This document shows positions 44,341 to 54,209 of a DNA stretch of 60,640 bases, one piece after another. Made by a program: the position numbers and the translations under genes. The notes beneath the pieces were generated by a model, which had not been told where the DNA came from, searched no databases, and saw only the letters and a program-made list of their open reading frames with translations. Origin of the DNA: an uncultured Candidatus Saccharibacteria bacterium (GTDB lineage: Bacteria > Patescibacteriota > Minisyncoccia > Phycocordibacterales > PALSA-1337); NCBI GenBank assembly GCA_964543075.1, contig CAZIVT010000003.1:1-60640 (forward strand), given 5' to 3'. Position 1 is the first letter of the stretch. Every line of letters begins with the position of its first letter.

Positions 44341-45033
44341 TCAAGCGCCGGCGGGTGCTATCGACATCGAGACCTGCTGTGTCGACATGGCCTGGCGAGA
44401 AGCAGGAACAGATGGGCCGAACATATCCTCCGGCCTGAACGGGAGCTTGAGGAAGTCGATGATCATCTGAGCGGTCTGGTGTTTGGAGAGATTGGTATTA
44501 TCCACACAGAGCAACGTACCCCCCTGTTCACTGATGCCATGTTCCTCGAATAAATCCATCATGGGGAGCGTTTCCTCTTCATACACCCTCCGTCGATTTG
44601 CCTTGATCGAGGGATCATCATCCTCGAACCGTCCGGGTCGAGTACGTGTTTCGCAGATCTCAGGTGGCGTAGTGAAATGAACAACGTTCACGGTATAACC
44701 GCTCTGTCTCACCCAAGGGATGATTCCGAACTGATCTTTCCGTCGAGGGATGCCGTTGAGATGAATACGCAAATGTTTCGGATTGGTCTGGATCTGTCGA
44801 AAGATCCATCTTTTTGCCACCCATAGGGTCACCTCATCAGAGACGAGTTCTCCTCGGCGGATAGGATCATACCTCGGATCGGTGGGGTTTCGAGCGGCCA
44901 AATCCTTGAGTTGAGGCCCTGTCTCAAATACGAGCTCTCCGAGACGCTCCTTCATTGGGGTGGTTTGAGTATCTTTCCCACAAAGCGGGAATCCGACATA
45001 TACGACAGCGACTTTTCTTTTGTGCACGCGCAA
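44341..45033 (-). CDS. Adenylate kinase-like nucleoside monophosphate kinase
   Basis: P-loop GFPLCGKDTQ, GELVSDE, LNGIPR, RRVYEEETLP; TTG start. Confidence 0.75.
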   Translation of the reverse strand: MRVHKRKVAVVYVGFPLCGKDTQTTPMKERLGELVFETGPQLKDLAARNPTDPRYDPIRRGELVSDEVTLWVAKRWIFRQIQTNPKHLRIHLNGIPRRKDQFGIIPWVRQSGYTVNVVHFTTPPEICETRTRPGRFEDDDPSIKANRRRVYEEETLPMMDLFEEHGISEQGGTLLCVDNTNLSKHQTAQMIIDFLKLPFRPEDMFGPSVPASRQAMSTQQVSMSIAPAGA

Positions 45034-45299
45034 GCCTTTCGTTTGTATTTGTTGGTGTATAACAGATCACTTTTATAGGTATCCTTGAATCCATTTTCCA
45101 AGGAACAGCTAGTTGCAAATATTACCACAAATCCTGATTTTGGCAATGAAATCTGGCAATGTGCACACACATTTGGCGGTTTTCTCCTAGAATAGAGAAA
45201 TGATCATATGTATGACTAAGAGCCAGTGGGGCATCGGATACGTCGTAGCAGAATGAAAAACCCCGTCGCATAGGCTGCGACGGGGTGGGGGACATGGAA

Positions 45300-45947
45300 T
45301 CAGACAGAGATGACGGGACGAGGTTGAGCGGTCATCTCCTCCAGCTTTAGTGCCGCCACGAAGGGGATGTCCTGACCGCGGTATTTCCGCTTCATGCGCA
45401 GTTTGATCGGGTACGGTACGCGCGAATGCGCCAAGATCGTCCCGATGATGTCGTGGTGTGATCGGGACTGATTGACAGAGTGCACGACCCCTCCGCATTC
45501 TTTGAACTTGCGGGCGGCGGTCGTCATCCTGTTCTGATAGGGATCCGGCGAGAAGCTATCGATCCCATTGCCGATGAAGAACAGCTGGCTGCTGGATTTC
45601 CAGGAGAAGAGCCGCTCTGCCTGTTCGGGCGTGTGTGGAGTGCCAAAGATGAATGCGGTGCGCACAGGGTGTGCCAGGATCATGGTCTCCAGTGTGTGAC
45701 TTGCCATGTCGACGATGTTCCATCCGGAGACGGATTGCCGCATGTCTTTCTTCGACTGTGCTAGTGTGGCGATCGTCTGGAGCGGTCCGGCAGGGCATAC
45801 CTGCAGACGTTTTGCCAACGATTCGACATCGAACACGCAGATTTCTGAACTATGTTCGGCGCATGCTCGCAGAGTCATACCCAACACTCGTTCGAGATCC
45901 TTGTTCAGGGCGACGATGAATATTACGTGAGGAGGCATTTTTGCCAT
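45300..45947 (-). CDS. Hypothetical protein, possibly a degenerate adenylate-kinase fold
   Basis: FIFGTPHTPEQAERL resembles LDGFPRTxxQAEAL; no P-loop. Confidence 0.55.
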   Translation of the reverse strand: MAKMPPHVIFIVALNKDLERVLGMTLRACAEHSSEICVFDVESLAKRLQVCPAGPLQTIATLAQSKKDMRQSVSGWNIVDMASHTLETMILAHPVRTAFIFGTPHTPEQAERLFSWKSSSQLFFIGNGIDSFSPDPYQNRMTTAARKFKECGGVVHSVNQSRSHHDIIGTILAHSRVPYPIKLRMKRKYRGQDIPFVAALKLEEMTAQPRPVISV

Positions 45948-46102
45948 TGGAAACTTCCTTTCTGTTTTCTATGAATGTTGTCGATCGATTATCCTCTAGT
46001 CTCTGTAAAGAGTCCATTTCTAAAGGAACAGCGACTGATGATAGTAACACGATATATGTATTTATGCAAGGAGGGCGGGGCTGGAGGTGCCACCTCCTAA
46101 AC

Positions 46103-46156
46103 TTTATCAAAATTTTAGGAAAACTTTATCAGGATTTTATCTCACTCGTGTATCAT
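46103..46156 (+). promoter_or_regulatory. 11-bp-period TTTAT direct-repeat array plus -10 TATCAT
   Basis: Half-sites at 46103, 46114, 46125, 46136; TATCAT 46151-46156; ATG 46164. Confidence 0.65.
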
Positions 46157-46163
46157 ATGCGCC

Positions 46164-47270
46164 ATGCTTACGATATATTCTGCAGAACCTACCACAGCCG
46201 TCGAAGCTCTCGACCAGATCATGAGATATGCCGTCGTTTCGCGTGCCTCTGATATGCATTGCGATCCAGGACAGAGAGATATACATATCCGCGCGAGGAT
46301 AGATGGCTATATCGTCACTGCGGGCACGGTACCCGCACGATTCCATCCAGAGCTCATCTCACGCGCCAAGATACTCGCCGGCGCGCGTACAGACATCCAC
46401 AGTGTCCCACAGGACGGTCGATGGATGGAGACCATAGATGATAGACGATATCATGTGCGAGCGTCATTCATGCCTACATATCATGGGGAGAATATAGTCC
46501 TCCGCCTGCTTCCCGCAGAGGCACAGGAGGACATATCGCTCTCTGCGCTCGGCTTCTCTCCTGATCACGTAGGCGCCATAGAGAGCGCTCTCCGTCGACC
46601 CTCAGGGCTCATCGTAGTGACTGGGCCGACTGGTTCGGGCAAGACGACGACGCTCCATGCCTGCCTTTCCATCAAGTCTCGCGAACCGATCTCGGTCATC
46701 ACGCTCGAGGATCCAGTCGAATACGAAGTCCCCGGGGTCCGTCAGATCCATATACGCCACACGCACGGGGTCACCTTTGCATCCGGTCTACGAGCCGCCC
46801 TGCGACAGGACCCCGATGTGATCATGGTCGGTGAGATCAGAGATGCTGAGACCGCTCACGTCGCCATTCACACCGCGCTGACAGGACATCTCGTCCTGTC
46901 GACGATCCATACCACATCTGCCTTTGAGACGATATCTCGCCTATCTGATATGGGTATCGATCGATATCTGCTCGCTTCGACGCTCAAGCTGATCATCGCT
47001 CAGCGTCTCGTCCGTCTGATGTGCCAGGGATGCTTCTCGATAGGCTGTGAAGATTGTGATGATGTCGGATATAGAGGTCGGACTGTCATAGCCGAAGTCT
47101 GCGAGGTCGACGCGGACATGAGGAACATGATCATGAGGCACGAGGGGATCGACGCATGTATATCACTTGCGCGATCTAGGGGATTCAGACCTATGCGCGA
47201 AGACGCCCTAGAAAAAGAAGAGTGGGGCATCACCACGAGAGAGGAGACCATGAGAGCGCTCTATGAGTAG
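46164..47270 (+). CDS. GspE/PilB family secretion ATPase (short, no N-terminal domain)
   Basis: SDMHCDP, GPTGSGKTTTL, TLEDPVEY, LRQDPDVIMVGEIRD, tetra-Cys motif. Confidence 0.92.
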   Translation: MLTIYSAEPTTAVEALDQIMRYAVVSRASDMHCDPGQRDIHIRARIDGYIVTAGTVPARFHPELISRAKILAGARTDIHSVPQDGRWMETIDDRRYHVRASFMPTYHGENIVLRLLPAEAQEDISLSALGFSPDHVGAIESALRRPSGLIVVTGPTGSGKTTTLHACLSIKSREPISVITLEDPVEYEVPGVRQIHIRHTHGVTFASGLRAALRQDPDVIMVGEIRDAETAHVAIHTALTGHLVLSTIHTTSAFETISRLSDMGIDRYLLASTLKLIIAQRLVRLMCQGCFSIGCEDCDDVGYRGRTVIAEVCEVDADMRNMIMRHEGIDACISLARSRGFRPMREDALEKEEWGITTREETMRALYE

Positions 47271-48324
47271 ATCCATATTCACAGTTCGCTGGAAGCGAAG
47301 GGAGGTGATGTCTCTACTCGAACAGCTCGAGCTCTTCCTGTCTGCGGGGCTGGCTATAGATCGCGCCTTGTCTGCGGTGCAGGATGTCATGTCTCCGCGT
47401 CGTTCGTCAGATATCGGACGTATATGCGGCATGGTCAGGGAGGGGAGAGGCCTGTCGGAGTCTATGTCTGCATATGTACAGCTCCCTGATCAGTTGTGGG
47501 ATCTCATACGCCATGGCGAGGCCTCTGGCACCATCGCTGAGGCCATGTCTCTGGCGAGGTCTATCCTGGAGAAGGCAGACGTTATCCGGTCCAAGTGCGT
47601 ATCGGCCAGCATATATCCTATCGTGATAGCCGTGCTGTCATCTATACTCGTCATCGGATTGATGCGCGGAGTCATGCCGCAGATAGCGCCACTGCTCGCA
47701 GGTCTCGACGCTGATCTACCCATCCTCACGCGGATCGTCATGCGTTGTTCCGACCTGATGACGTCGTACGGCATATATGCGTTGTGCGTCGGGATATGCA
47801 TGTCTATCGCCGCACGGTCCGCATATCGGCACAGCGTCACCATACGATGGTATGTCCACAGCATATTGATGGCTACGCCTGTGATCGGCATGATCTCTGT
47901 CATGCACGCATGGTCACTCTTCTTCAGGTCGAGCGGTTCTATGATCCAGGCTGGCCTTCCTGCATCGTCTGCTTATGCCACGATGTCATCATGTATGACG
48001 CTGTTGCCACTCCGCGACCGCACATCGACGAGCAGTTCGCTCATCGGATCTGGGTCCACGTGGGCATCTATCATGAGGGATATGTCACTGCGCGTGCCTC
48101 GCTCAGCGGTCGCTCTCATATCTGCAGGAGAAGCATCTGGTCAGCTCGGCCTATCGCTCATACGTGCCGCTGATGCCGCGGATCGCGATATAGAGAGGAT
48201 GATCGCCTCCACTGTGTCACTGATCGAGCCTGCCCTCATGGCGATCATGGGGACAGCCGTCGGTGCGATAGCTTTATCCATAATGATGCCCATATATGAG
48301 ATGTCGAGAATATTGCAAGGATGA
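47263..48324 (+). CDS. GspF/PilC family inner membrane platform protein
   Basis: LSAGLAI, GEASG twice, YPIVI, LIEPALM...IMMPIY. Confidence 0.88.
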   Translation: MSRSIFTVRWKRREVMSLLEQLELFLSAGLAIDRALSAVQDVMSPRRSSDIGRICGMVREGRGLSESMSAYVQLPDQLWDLIRHGEASGTIAEAMSLARSILEKADVIRSKCVSASIYPIVIAVLSSILVIGLMRGVMPQIAPLLAGLDADLPILTRIVMRCSDLMTSYGIYALCVGICMSIAARSAYRHSVTIRWYVHSILMATPVIGMISVMHAWSLFFRSSGSMIQAGLPASSAYATMSSCMTLLPLRDRTSTSSSLIGSGSTWASIMRDMSLRVPRSAVALISAGEASGQLGLSLIRAADAADRDIERMIASTVSLIEPALMAIMGTAVGAIALSIMMPIYEMSRILQG

Positions 48325-49777
48325 CCGCATACGATGCCGAGCGACCGTAGATGAGGATGGCATGATCCTGGTGGATGCTTTGATCGCCTGCTCGCTCGGC
48401 GCTCTCTGTGCCTGGATGCTCACTCAGGCACACGTGGATGCCCGTAGATCGTTCGCGCGCGCATACGAGCGCGATGATCTGATCGATGTATATCTAGAAC
48501 ACGCGCACCAGTTCGAGGATATGCGCCTCTATGAGCGACGTTCTGTGGATGTGGGACATGATGGAGGAGCAGGCACGTTCGTTGCGTCGGCAGAAGCCAA
48601 GCCGTATAGCGACGAGCTGATACAGACAGACGTGACTATCACCGGCCCATCTTCGAGCATCGTGTTCTCATCGGTCGATCGTGATCCGTCGATCCGTCAT
48701 GACATACTCAGCCGTCCGTTCTGTTCTCCTCGGATGGCCGATGGTCCACTCGGTCTATCCTGGGGGCATGACGACAGTGCTCCCACTATCGTGCCACTGC
48801 GCATGCCAGTGGATCCAGCGCTTCCGCTCACTGATATACAGGTCCGCAATGACATCGCGTATATATCCGCTGATTCGACGCGTTCATCTGACCCTGATTT
48901 GATCGTAGTGGACATCGGCGACAGGGATGATCCGGCACTCCTGTCATCTATAGACACAGGTCCAGGCATCTCGGCGATCTCGCTCGCCGGCGATCGTATA
49001 TATGCGGCCGCTGCGAGCACCGCTGCACAGATGCACATCATCCACATGGAAGATCTCTACTCTCCAGTGCTCGAGAGCAAGTATCGTTTACCGTTGCCGT
49101 ACGCGACCTCCTCGTCACCTATAGGAGAATCCATCGCCTATGCGCGTGGTGCCGTATACCTAGGTACGAGCAAGTGGGACGGCGATGAATTGGTACAGAT
49201 AGATGTCGCGGATCCATCCGATCCGACAGTCATCGCTGGTATAGATATCGGTAGTATGGTCGGAGAGATCGTGGTCGATGATGCCGCAGTCTATGCGGCC
49301 ACAGCATCTCAGGATCAGCTCATCGGTATCGACACCGACTCGATATCGGATCTTGGAGATGCGTGGTCGTTTGCTCCATCGGGCTGGCAGCGTCAAGAGG
49401 GTAGAGCGATCCGATCTTTCGAGGATTCGCTCGTGTTCGGCAGGACATCAGGAGGATTCAATATTTCCAGGGATCACGAGCTCTTTTCATGGACATTATC
49501 CACCACTTCTGAGGATGCCACCCCTAGCGGAGATCCTATATCCGTCGATGTGGCAGGCGGCATATATGGCATCATCGTCGATCAGTCCCATGTATTTGCG
49601 GCGAGCGGGGCTCTCGATAGGGAGTTTCAGGTATATGACCGGCGATTGTCATCTACGTCGATGATGTCATATCCATTGCCAGTCGCTCCACAGACCATCG
49701 CGTGCGATAGATCTATCCTGTATGTGCTCGCGCGTACAGCCCCATACATATATGAGATTACATTCAATCACGAGTGA
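48296..49777 (+). CDS. Pilin-like leader fused to a beta-propeller (LVIVD-like repeats)
   Basis: G|MILVDALIA; repeated LIVVDIGD / LVQIDVADP..P motifs. Start uncertain. Confidence 0.65.
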   Translation: MRCREYCKDDRIRCRATVDEDGMILVDALIACSLGALCAWMLTQAHVDARRSFARAYERDDLIDVYLEHAHQFEDMRLYERRSVDVGHDGGAGTFVASAEAKPYSDELIQTDVTITGPSSSIVFSSVDRDPSIRHDILSRPFCSPRMADGPLGLSWGHDDSAPTIVPLRMPVDPALPLTDIQVRNDIAYISADSTRSSDPDLIVVDIGDRDDPALLSSIDTGPGISAISLAGDRIYAAAASTAAQMHIIHMEDLYSPVLESKYRLPLPYATSSSPIGESIAYARGAVYLGTSKWDGDELVQIDVADPSDPTVIAGIDIGSMVGEIVVDDAAVYAATASQDQLIGIDTDSISDLGDAWSFAPSGWQRQEGRAIRSFEDSLVFGRTSGGFNISRDHELFSWTLSTTSEDATPSGDPISVDVAGGIYGIIVDQSHVFAASGALDREFQVYDRRLSSTSMMSYPLPVAPQTIACDRSILYVLARTAPYIYEITFNHE

Positions 49778-49967
49778 TCGGCTGCCGGCATGCAGAGGTG
49801 GACGCGCGCCAGTGCGCGCAGATAGGGGCATGTTTCTGATCGAGGCGATCATATATATCGCCATCATCTCTACATTCCTCGCGACGATGATCTCGTATCT
49901 TCACGAGATACATATGAGCTCTATTCGACTCAATCAAGATATATATGACACACGATCCCAACCATAG
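49752..49967 (+). CDS. Minor pilin/pseudopilin
   Basis: Class III signal RG|MFLIE followed by a hydrophobic helix. Confidence 0.65.
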   Translation: MRLHSITSDRLPACRGGRAPVRADRGMFLIEAIIYIAIISTFLATMISYLHEIHMSSIRLNQDIYDTRSQP

Positions 49968-50211
49968 ATCAGGGTTCATCATGACCATCGCCGTCGTCAC
50001 GCTCTCTGTGGGCGCGTTGGCATTTGCGGCAGTCACTATGGTCACAGTGTGGTCGTATATCGATAGCGTCAATGCTCGTGAGAGGCGGGTACAACGAGAC
50101 CTCAATCAGCAGTCCTGCGCCGATATCGCCCCGATCATCCATGCCAAGGATTACTTTTGGCATAGACCCACATACCTAGCTGATTTCGAGTGCACGATCG
50201 ATCCCACCTGA
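49945..50211 (+). CDS. PilX-like minor pilin
   Basis: SG|FIMTIAVV hydrophobic helix; two Cys. Confidence 0.6.
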   Translation: MTHDPNHRSGFIMTIAVVTLSVGALAFAAVTMVTVWSYIDSVNARERRVQRDLNQQSCADIAPIIHAKDYFWHRPTYLADFECTIDPT

Positions 50212-50225
50212 TGGATACGCGATAG

Positions 50226-50301
50226 TTTATCAGGATTTTATGGTTTCTTTATCGAGATTTTATGAAAAGTTTATCAGGATTTTATCTGACACTGATATCA
50301 T
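50226..50301 (+). promoter_or_regulatory. 11-bp-period TTTAT direct-repeat array plus -10 TATCAT
   Basis: Six half-sites 50226-50285; TATCAT 50296-50301. Confidence 0.68.
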
Positions 50302-50336
50302 CGGGACATTAGCATAACAGATACCACCATCTATCT

Positions 50337-50582
50337 ATGTCACTAGAACAAAAAGACATCGAGCTCATCGAGCACCTCGTATACAAGGCCAACGACGACG
50401 TCGCTGTATCCATCGCGCGTAGCTTCGAACGACTCGAGGAGCGCATCGATGCGGTGGAGTCTCGGCTCTATAGCCGTATCGCTGAGGGAGAGGATTCATC
50501 CGAGTCAGATAGGCAGGACATCATCGAGGCTATCCGAGATCTCAAGAATGACGTCAGAGATATGTCGCGCCATGAGTTCTAG
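50337..50582 (+). CDS. Small acidic coiled-coil hypothetical protein
   Basis: 81 aa, heptad pattern SFERLEERIDAVESRLY. Confidence 0.65.
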   Translation: MSLEQKDIELIEHLVYKANDDVAVSIARSFERLEERIDAVESRLYSRIAEGEDSSESDRQDIIEAIRDLKNDVRDMSRHEF

Positions 50583-50590
50583 CCGGACCA

Positions 50591-51982
50591 TCACTCTCGG
50601 AGAGAGATCACTGGCCCATCAGATCCGTCCGATATATCGAAGCCGCGGCTCTCGATCTCGTGCCGTAGAGCGTCTGCCTTTGCCCAGTCTCTCGACCTGC
50701 GAGCGTCTTCGCGAGCATCCGCGAGAGCCCTGATCTCCTCAGGAACTTCCTGCTCTTCTGATCCGATGACAGGTATGGAGCCGAGATTGAGGCCGAGCAC
50801 TCGATCAAAGTCGATCAGGGTCGCTCGCTTGTCCTGATCAGCGATCTGCTTGTCTTTGAGGAGCTCCCATGCGAGAGCGATCGCTTGTGGCGTAGCCAAG
50901 TCGTCATTGATCAGAGCAGAGAATCTCTGTGTGTATTCACGATCTACGGCACCGCCATCAGGGAGATTCCCTATAGCGGACATCAGCTTGACGAGGGCGT
51001 TTTGAGAGCTTTGGAGCGCCTCGCGTGTGAAGTTGACCGGTGAACGGTAGTGCGCCGTGAGCAGCCAGTACCGATAGGCGAGAGGGGAGAGCGTCTCATC
51101 GCGGAGCGTGTCGAGCGTCACGAAGCTACCGGATGACTTGGCCATCTTGCTATCATCGACCGTGACGAATGCGCCATGCATCCAGTGGTGCGCGAGGGGC
51201 ACGCCATAGGCGGCCTCTGATTGCGCGATCTCGTTGTTGTGATGGACAGGGATGTGATCGATGCCTCCTGTGTGGATATCGAACGGTTGGCCGAGGAAGG
51301 CGCGCGACATGGCAGAGCATTCGATATGCCAGCCAGGAAATCCTCGTCCCCACGGCGCATCCCAGCCGAGCGCGCTATTTGATTTCCATAGGGCAAAATC
51401 GGCAGGGTTGCGCTTTGCCGGATTTGTCGCTATGCGCGCTTCTGCCTGAGAGTCTCCTGATGATACCTGGCCGAGCTTGCCATATGTGGGCAATGATCCC
51501 GTATCGAAATATATGCCATCAGGCGTCGTATACGCCGAACCCTTTTGGAGCAGGATCTGGATGATTTCGATGTCCTCAGCGATATGGTCTGACGCTCGCG
51601 GGAGCTCATCAGGGAGCTCGATATTGAGAGCACGCAGGTCATCGACAAATGAAGCGATATAGCCAGTGGCTAGCGCGCGCATCGCCTCGATAGAGATAGG
51701 TTTGCCTTCGCGCTTGAGGGCCTTGGTCATCTTGTCTTCTCCATCATCGCCGTCGCTCACCAGGTGTCCGACATCGGTGATATTGATGACCTGCTTGACA
51801 GTATAGTCGTTGTACTCGAACATGCGGCGCAATATATCAGCGAATACATAGGCGCGCAGGTTGCCGATATGCGCCCGGTCGTAGACGGTCGGGCCGCAGT
51901 GATACATCGAGACGTGGCCCTCCTGGATGGGTTTGAACGTCTCTATCTTTCGGGAGAGCGTATTGTAGATGCTGATATCCAT
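50591..51982 (-). CDS. cysS: Cysteine--tRNA ligase
   Basis: CGPTVY, HIGN, PGWHIECSAM, KMAKS. Confidence 0.97.
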   Translation of the reverse strand: MDISIYNTLSRKIETFKPIQEGHVSMYHCGPTVYDRAHIGNLRAYVFADILRRMFEYNDYTVKQVINITDVGHLVSDGDDGEDKMTKALKREGKPISIEAMRALATGYIASFVDDLRALNIELPDELPRASDHIAEDIEIIQILLQKGSAYTTPDGIYFDTGSLPTYGKLGQVSSGDSQAEARIATNPAKRNPADFALWKSNSALGWDAPWGRGFPGWHIECSAMSRAFLGQPFDIHTGGIDHIPVHHNNEIAQSEAAYGVPLAHHWMHGAFVTVDDSKMAKSSGSFVTLDTLRDETLSPLAYRYWLLTAHYRSPVNFTREALQSSQNALVKLMSAIGNLPDGGAVDREYTQRFSALINDDLATPQAIALAWELLKDKQIADQDKRATLIDFDRVLGLNLGSIPVIGSEEQEVPEEIRALADAREDARRSRDWAKADALRHEIESRGFDISDGSDGPVISLRE

Positions 51983-52023
51983 CGTCGATATATGGTCTTA
52001 GTCGTCTCTCGTCTAGAGAGGTA

Positions 52024-52950
52024 TCATACCCAGCGCTTCTTCTTGAAATACCACCAAATCGCAGCACTGACGACGGCCATGAATACGAATATACCATACC
52101 AGCCGGTGGAGCTCTCGATGATGGGTACGTTTGCGGCTGGTATCGTGAAGAGCGCCGCTACAAATATGATCGGGCTGAAGATGAGCGATATCATCGTCAG
52201 ACGCTTGATGATCTCGTTCTGTCGCGCGTTGAGGAGGGAGTCGTTGGTCTGTCGCAGGTCCGTGAGGAGCTCGCGCGAGTTTGCGATGAGCTCACGGATA
52301 CGGTTGAACTCGTCGCGTATGTCGCGCACATAGATCGCAAAATCCTTGCCGAAGAAGGTCGTCTCTGTCGAGCGCTCCATGGATCCCCATATATCTTCGT
52401 GGATGCGGGCCGTCTGCTTGAAGTCTATGAGCTCTCGGCTCAGATCAGACAATCCTTCGACCATCTTGCGCTCGTCTCCTCCGAAGATGCGGGACTCGGC
52501 AGCGCGTAGTGAGTCGCGCATGTTCTCCAGATCCTGGCGCATACCGGCATATATCCGCTTGATCATATGGTAGAAGAGGTGGCCCGCATGCTCGATGCGC
52601 TCTTCTTTGCTGATGATCGAATTGGCCTCAAAGACTTTTGCGAAATACTCGAGCTCCTCGATAGTCTCATACCGTGAAGTGATGAGAAAATTCTTGCCTA
52701 TGACAAAGTCGATCTCTCTGTCGATGATGGTGTATTCTCCGGTGTCTGTACGGCTGCGTATAGGGAGGGTGAGGACAACCAGTATATAATCTTTGTAGAA
52801 GTCTATCTTGGCGAGCGATGAAGAGTTCTTGAGCTCTTCACCGACTAGGGGGTGTAGATCATGGCGTTTTACCAGTCCTGCGATCTCATCGTCATCAGGC
52901 GATGAGGCGTCGATCCAGATCAATCCTTTGGAAGTATGGTGGGTTATCAT
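52024..52950 (-). CDS. CorA-family divalent cation transporter
   Basis: WIDASSPDDDE, HPLVGEE, two C-terminal TM helices; the GMN signature is replaced (TIPAAN). Confidence 0.85.
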   Translation of the reverse strand: MITHHTSKGLIWIDASSPDDDEIAGLVKRHDLHPLVGEELKNSSSLAKIDFYKDYILVVLTLPIRSRTDTGEYTIIDREIDFVIGKNFLITSRYETIEELEYFAKVFEANSIISKEERIEHAGHLFYHMIKRIYAGMRQDLENMRDSLRAAESRIFGGDERKMVEGLSDLSRELIDFKQTARIHEDIWGSMERSTETTFFGKDFAIYVRDIRDEFNRIRELIANSRELLTDLRQTNDSLLNARQNEIIKRLTMISLIFSPIIFVAALFTIPAANVPIIESSTGWYGIFVFMAVVSAAIWWYFKKKRWV

Positions 52951-52996
52951 GGCCAGATTATATCATTAGGGGGTGCCATATGCTATAATTCACGTC

Positions 52997-54193
52997 ATGA
53001 ATGCTCAAGACCGAAAGTTCATCCTATTCCTGGTGGGATTGCCGGCTGTCGTACTTTCGTTCTTCATCGGAGTATACGTAGGCGGCAATGACACGCCTAT
53101 CACAAGCGATCTCATAGATACTGAGGCGGTATCAGAGGAGATGTTTTCTCCATTTTGGAAAGCCTGGACTATCCTCGACGACAAGTATGTCGAGGCGGCC
53201 AGTACTACAGCCCAGGACAAGGTCTGGGGAGCCATACAAGGCCTCGCGTCATCATATGATGATCCATACACAGTGTTCCTGCCTCCAGTCGAGGCCAAGA
53301 TGTTCGAGGAGGATATATCAGGCAACTTCGAGGGCGTCGGCATGGAGCTTGGCATCAAGGATGGCCAACTCAGAGTCGTAGCCCCTATCAAGGACAGCCC
53401 AGCTGAGCGCGCGGGGGTCAAGGCGGGAGATCTGATCATCAGGATAGCCGACCAAAGCTCGCTCGATATGCCCGTAGATGAAGCGGTCAAGCTCATCCGT
53501 GGCAAAAAGGGCACGCCGATCGTGATCACCTTCTTGACGCCCGGATCAAGCCAGCCAGTCGAGCGCACGATCATCCGTGATATCATCGATATCCCCACTC
53601 TCGAGACTGAGAGCAAGCCCGGCGGCATCTTCGTGATTCGCCTCTTCAGCTTCACTGCCCAGTCGCCCAATCTCTTCAGGAATGCGTTGCGCGAGTTCAT
53701 CCTATCAGGCGATGACAAGCTCATCCTAGACCTTCGCGGCAATCCAGGCGGATACCTCGACGCGGCGTGGGATATGGCATCATTCTTCTTGCCGCCCGGT
53801 GCCATCGTGGTTACTGAGGATTTCGGAGAGAATGGCAGCCCCAAAGTCTATCGTAGCAAGGGATACGATGTATTCAGAGGCGATCTAGACATGCTCGTGA
53901 TCGTCGATGGTGGGTCAGCTTCTGCTTCAGAGATCCTGGCGGGTGCGCTAGCCGAAAACGGCGTCGCTGATCTCGTTGGGTCCAAGACCTTCGGCAAAGG
54001 GTCTGTCCAACAGCTCATATCGCTGACCCCCGATACGTCGCTCAAGGTCACTATCGCTCGTTGGTTGACCCCCGGAGGACACAATCTCTCTCATGATGGC
54101 CTAGAGCCAGACTATCCGGTCGAGGCCAAGGGTACCGCCGAAGGGGATGATCCAGCTATGACCAAGGCAATCGAGATATTATCAAGTAAGTAG
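52997..54193 (+). CDS. S41 family C-terminal processing peptidase with PDZ domain
   Basis: GVGMEL, DLRGNPGG, SASASEI, KTFGKGSVQ. Confidence 0.95.
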   Translation: MNAQDRKFILFLVGLPAVVLSFFIGVYVGGNDTPITSDLIDTEAVSEEMFSPFWKAWTILDDKYVEAASTTAQDKVWGAIQGLASSYDDPYTVFLPPVEAKMFEEDISGNFEGVGMELGIKDGQLRVVAPIKDSPAERAGVKAGDLIIRIADQSSLDMPVDEAVKLIRGKKGTPIVITFLTPGSSQPVERTIIRDIIDIPTLETESKPGGIFVIRLFSFTAQSPNLFRNALREFILSGDDKLILDLRGNPGGYLDAAWDMASFFLPPGAIVVTEDFGENGSPKVYRSKGYDVFRGDLDMLVIVDGGSASASEILAGALAENGVADLVGSKTFGKGSVQQLISLTPDTSLKVTIARWLTPGGHNLSHDGLEPDYPVEAKGTAEGDDPAMTKAIEILSSK

Positions 54194-54209
54194 CTGATAC
54201 TAGCACACC

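Noticed and set aside
50226-50285. Plasmid iterons or CRISPR-like array
   Set aside because: Period is 11/22 bp with no spacers, no Rep gene nearby, and a fixed distance to a -10 hexamer; better explained as regulator sites.
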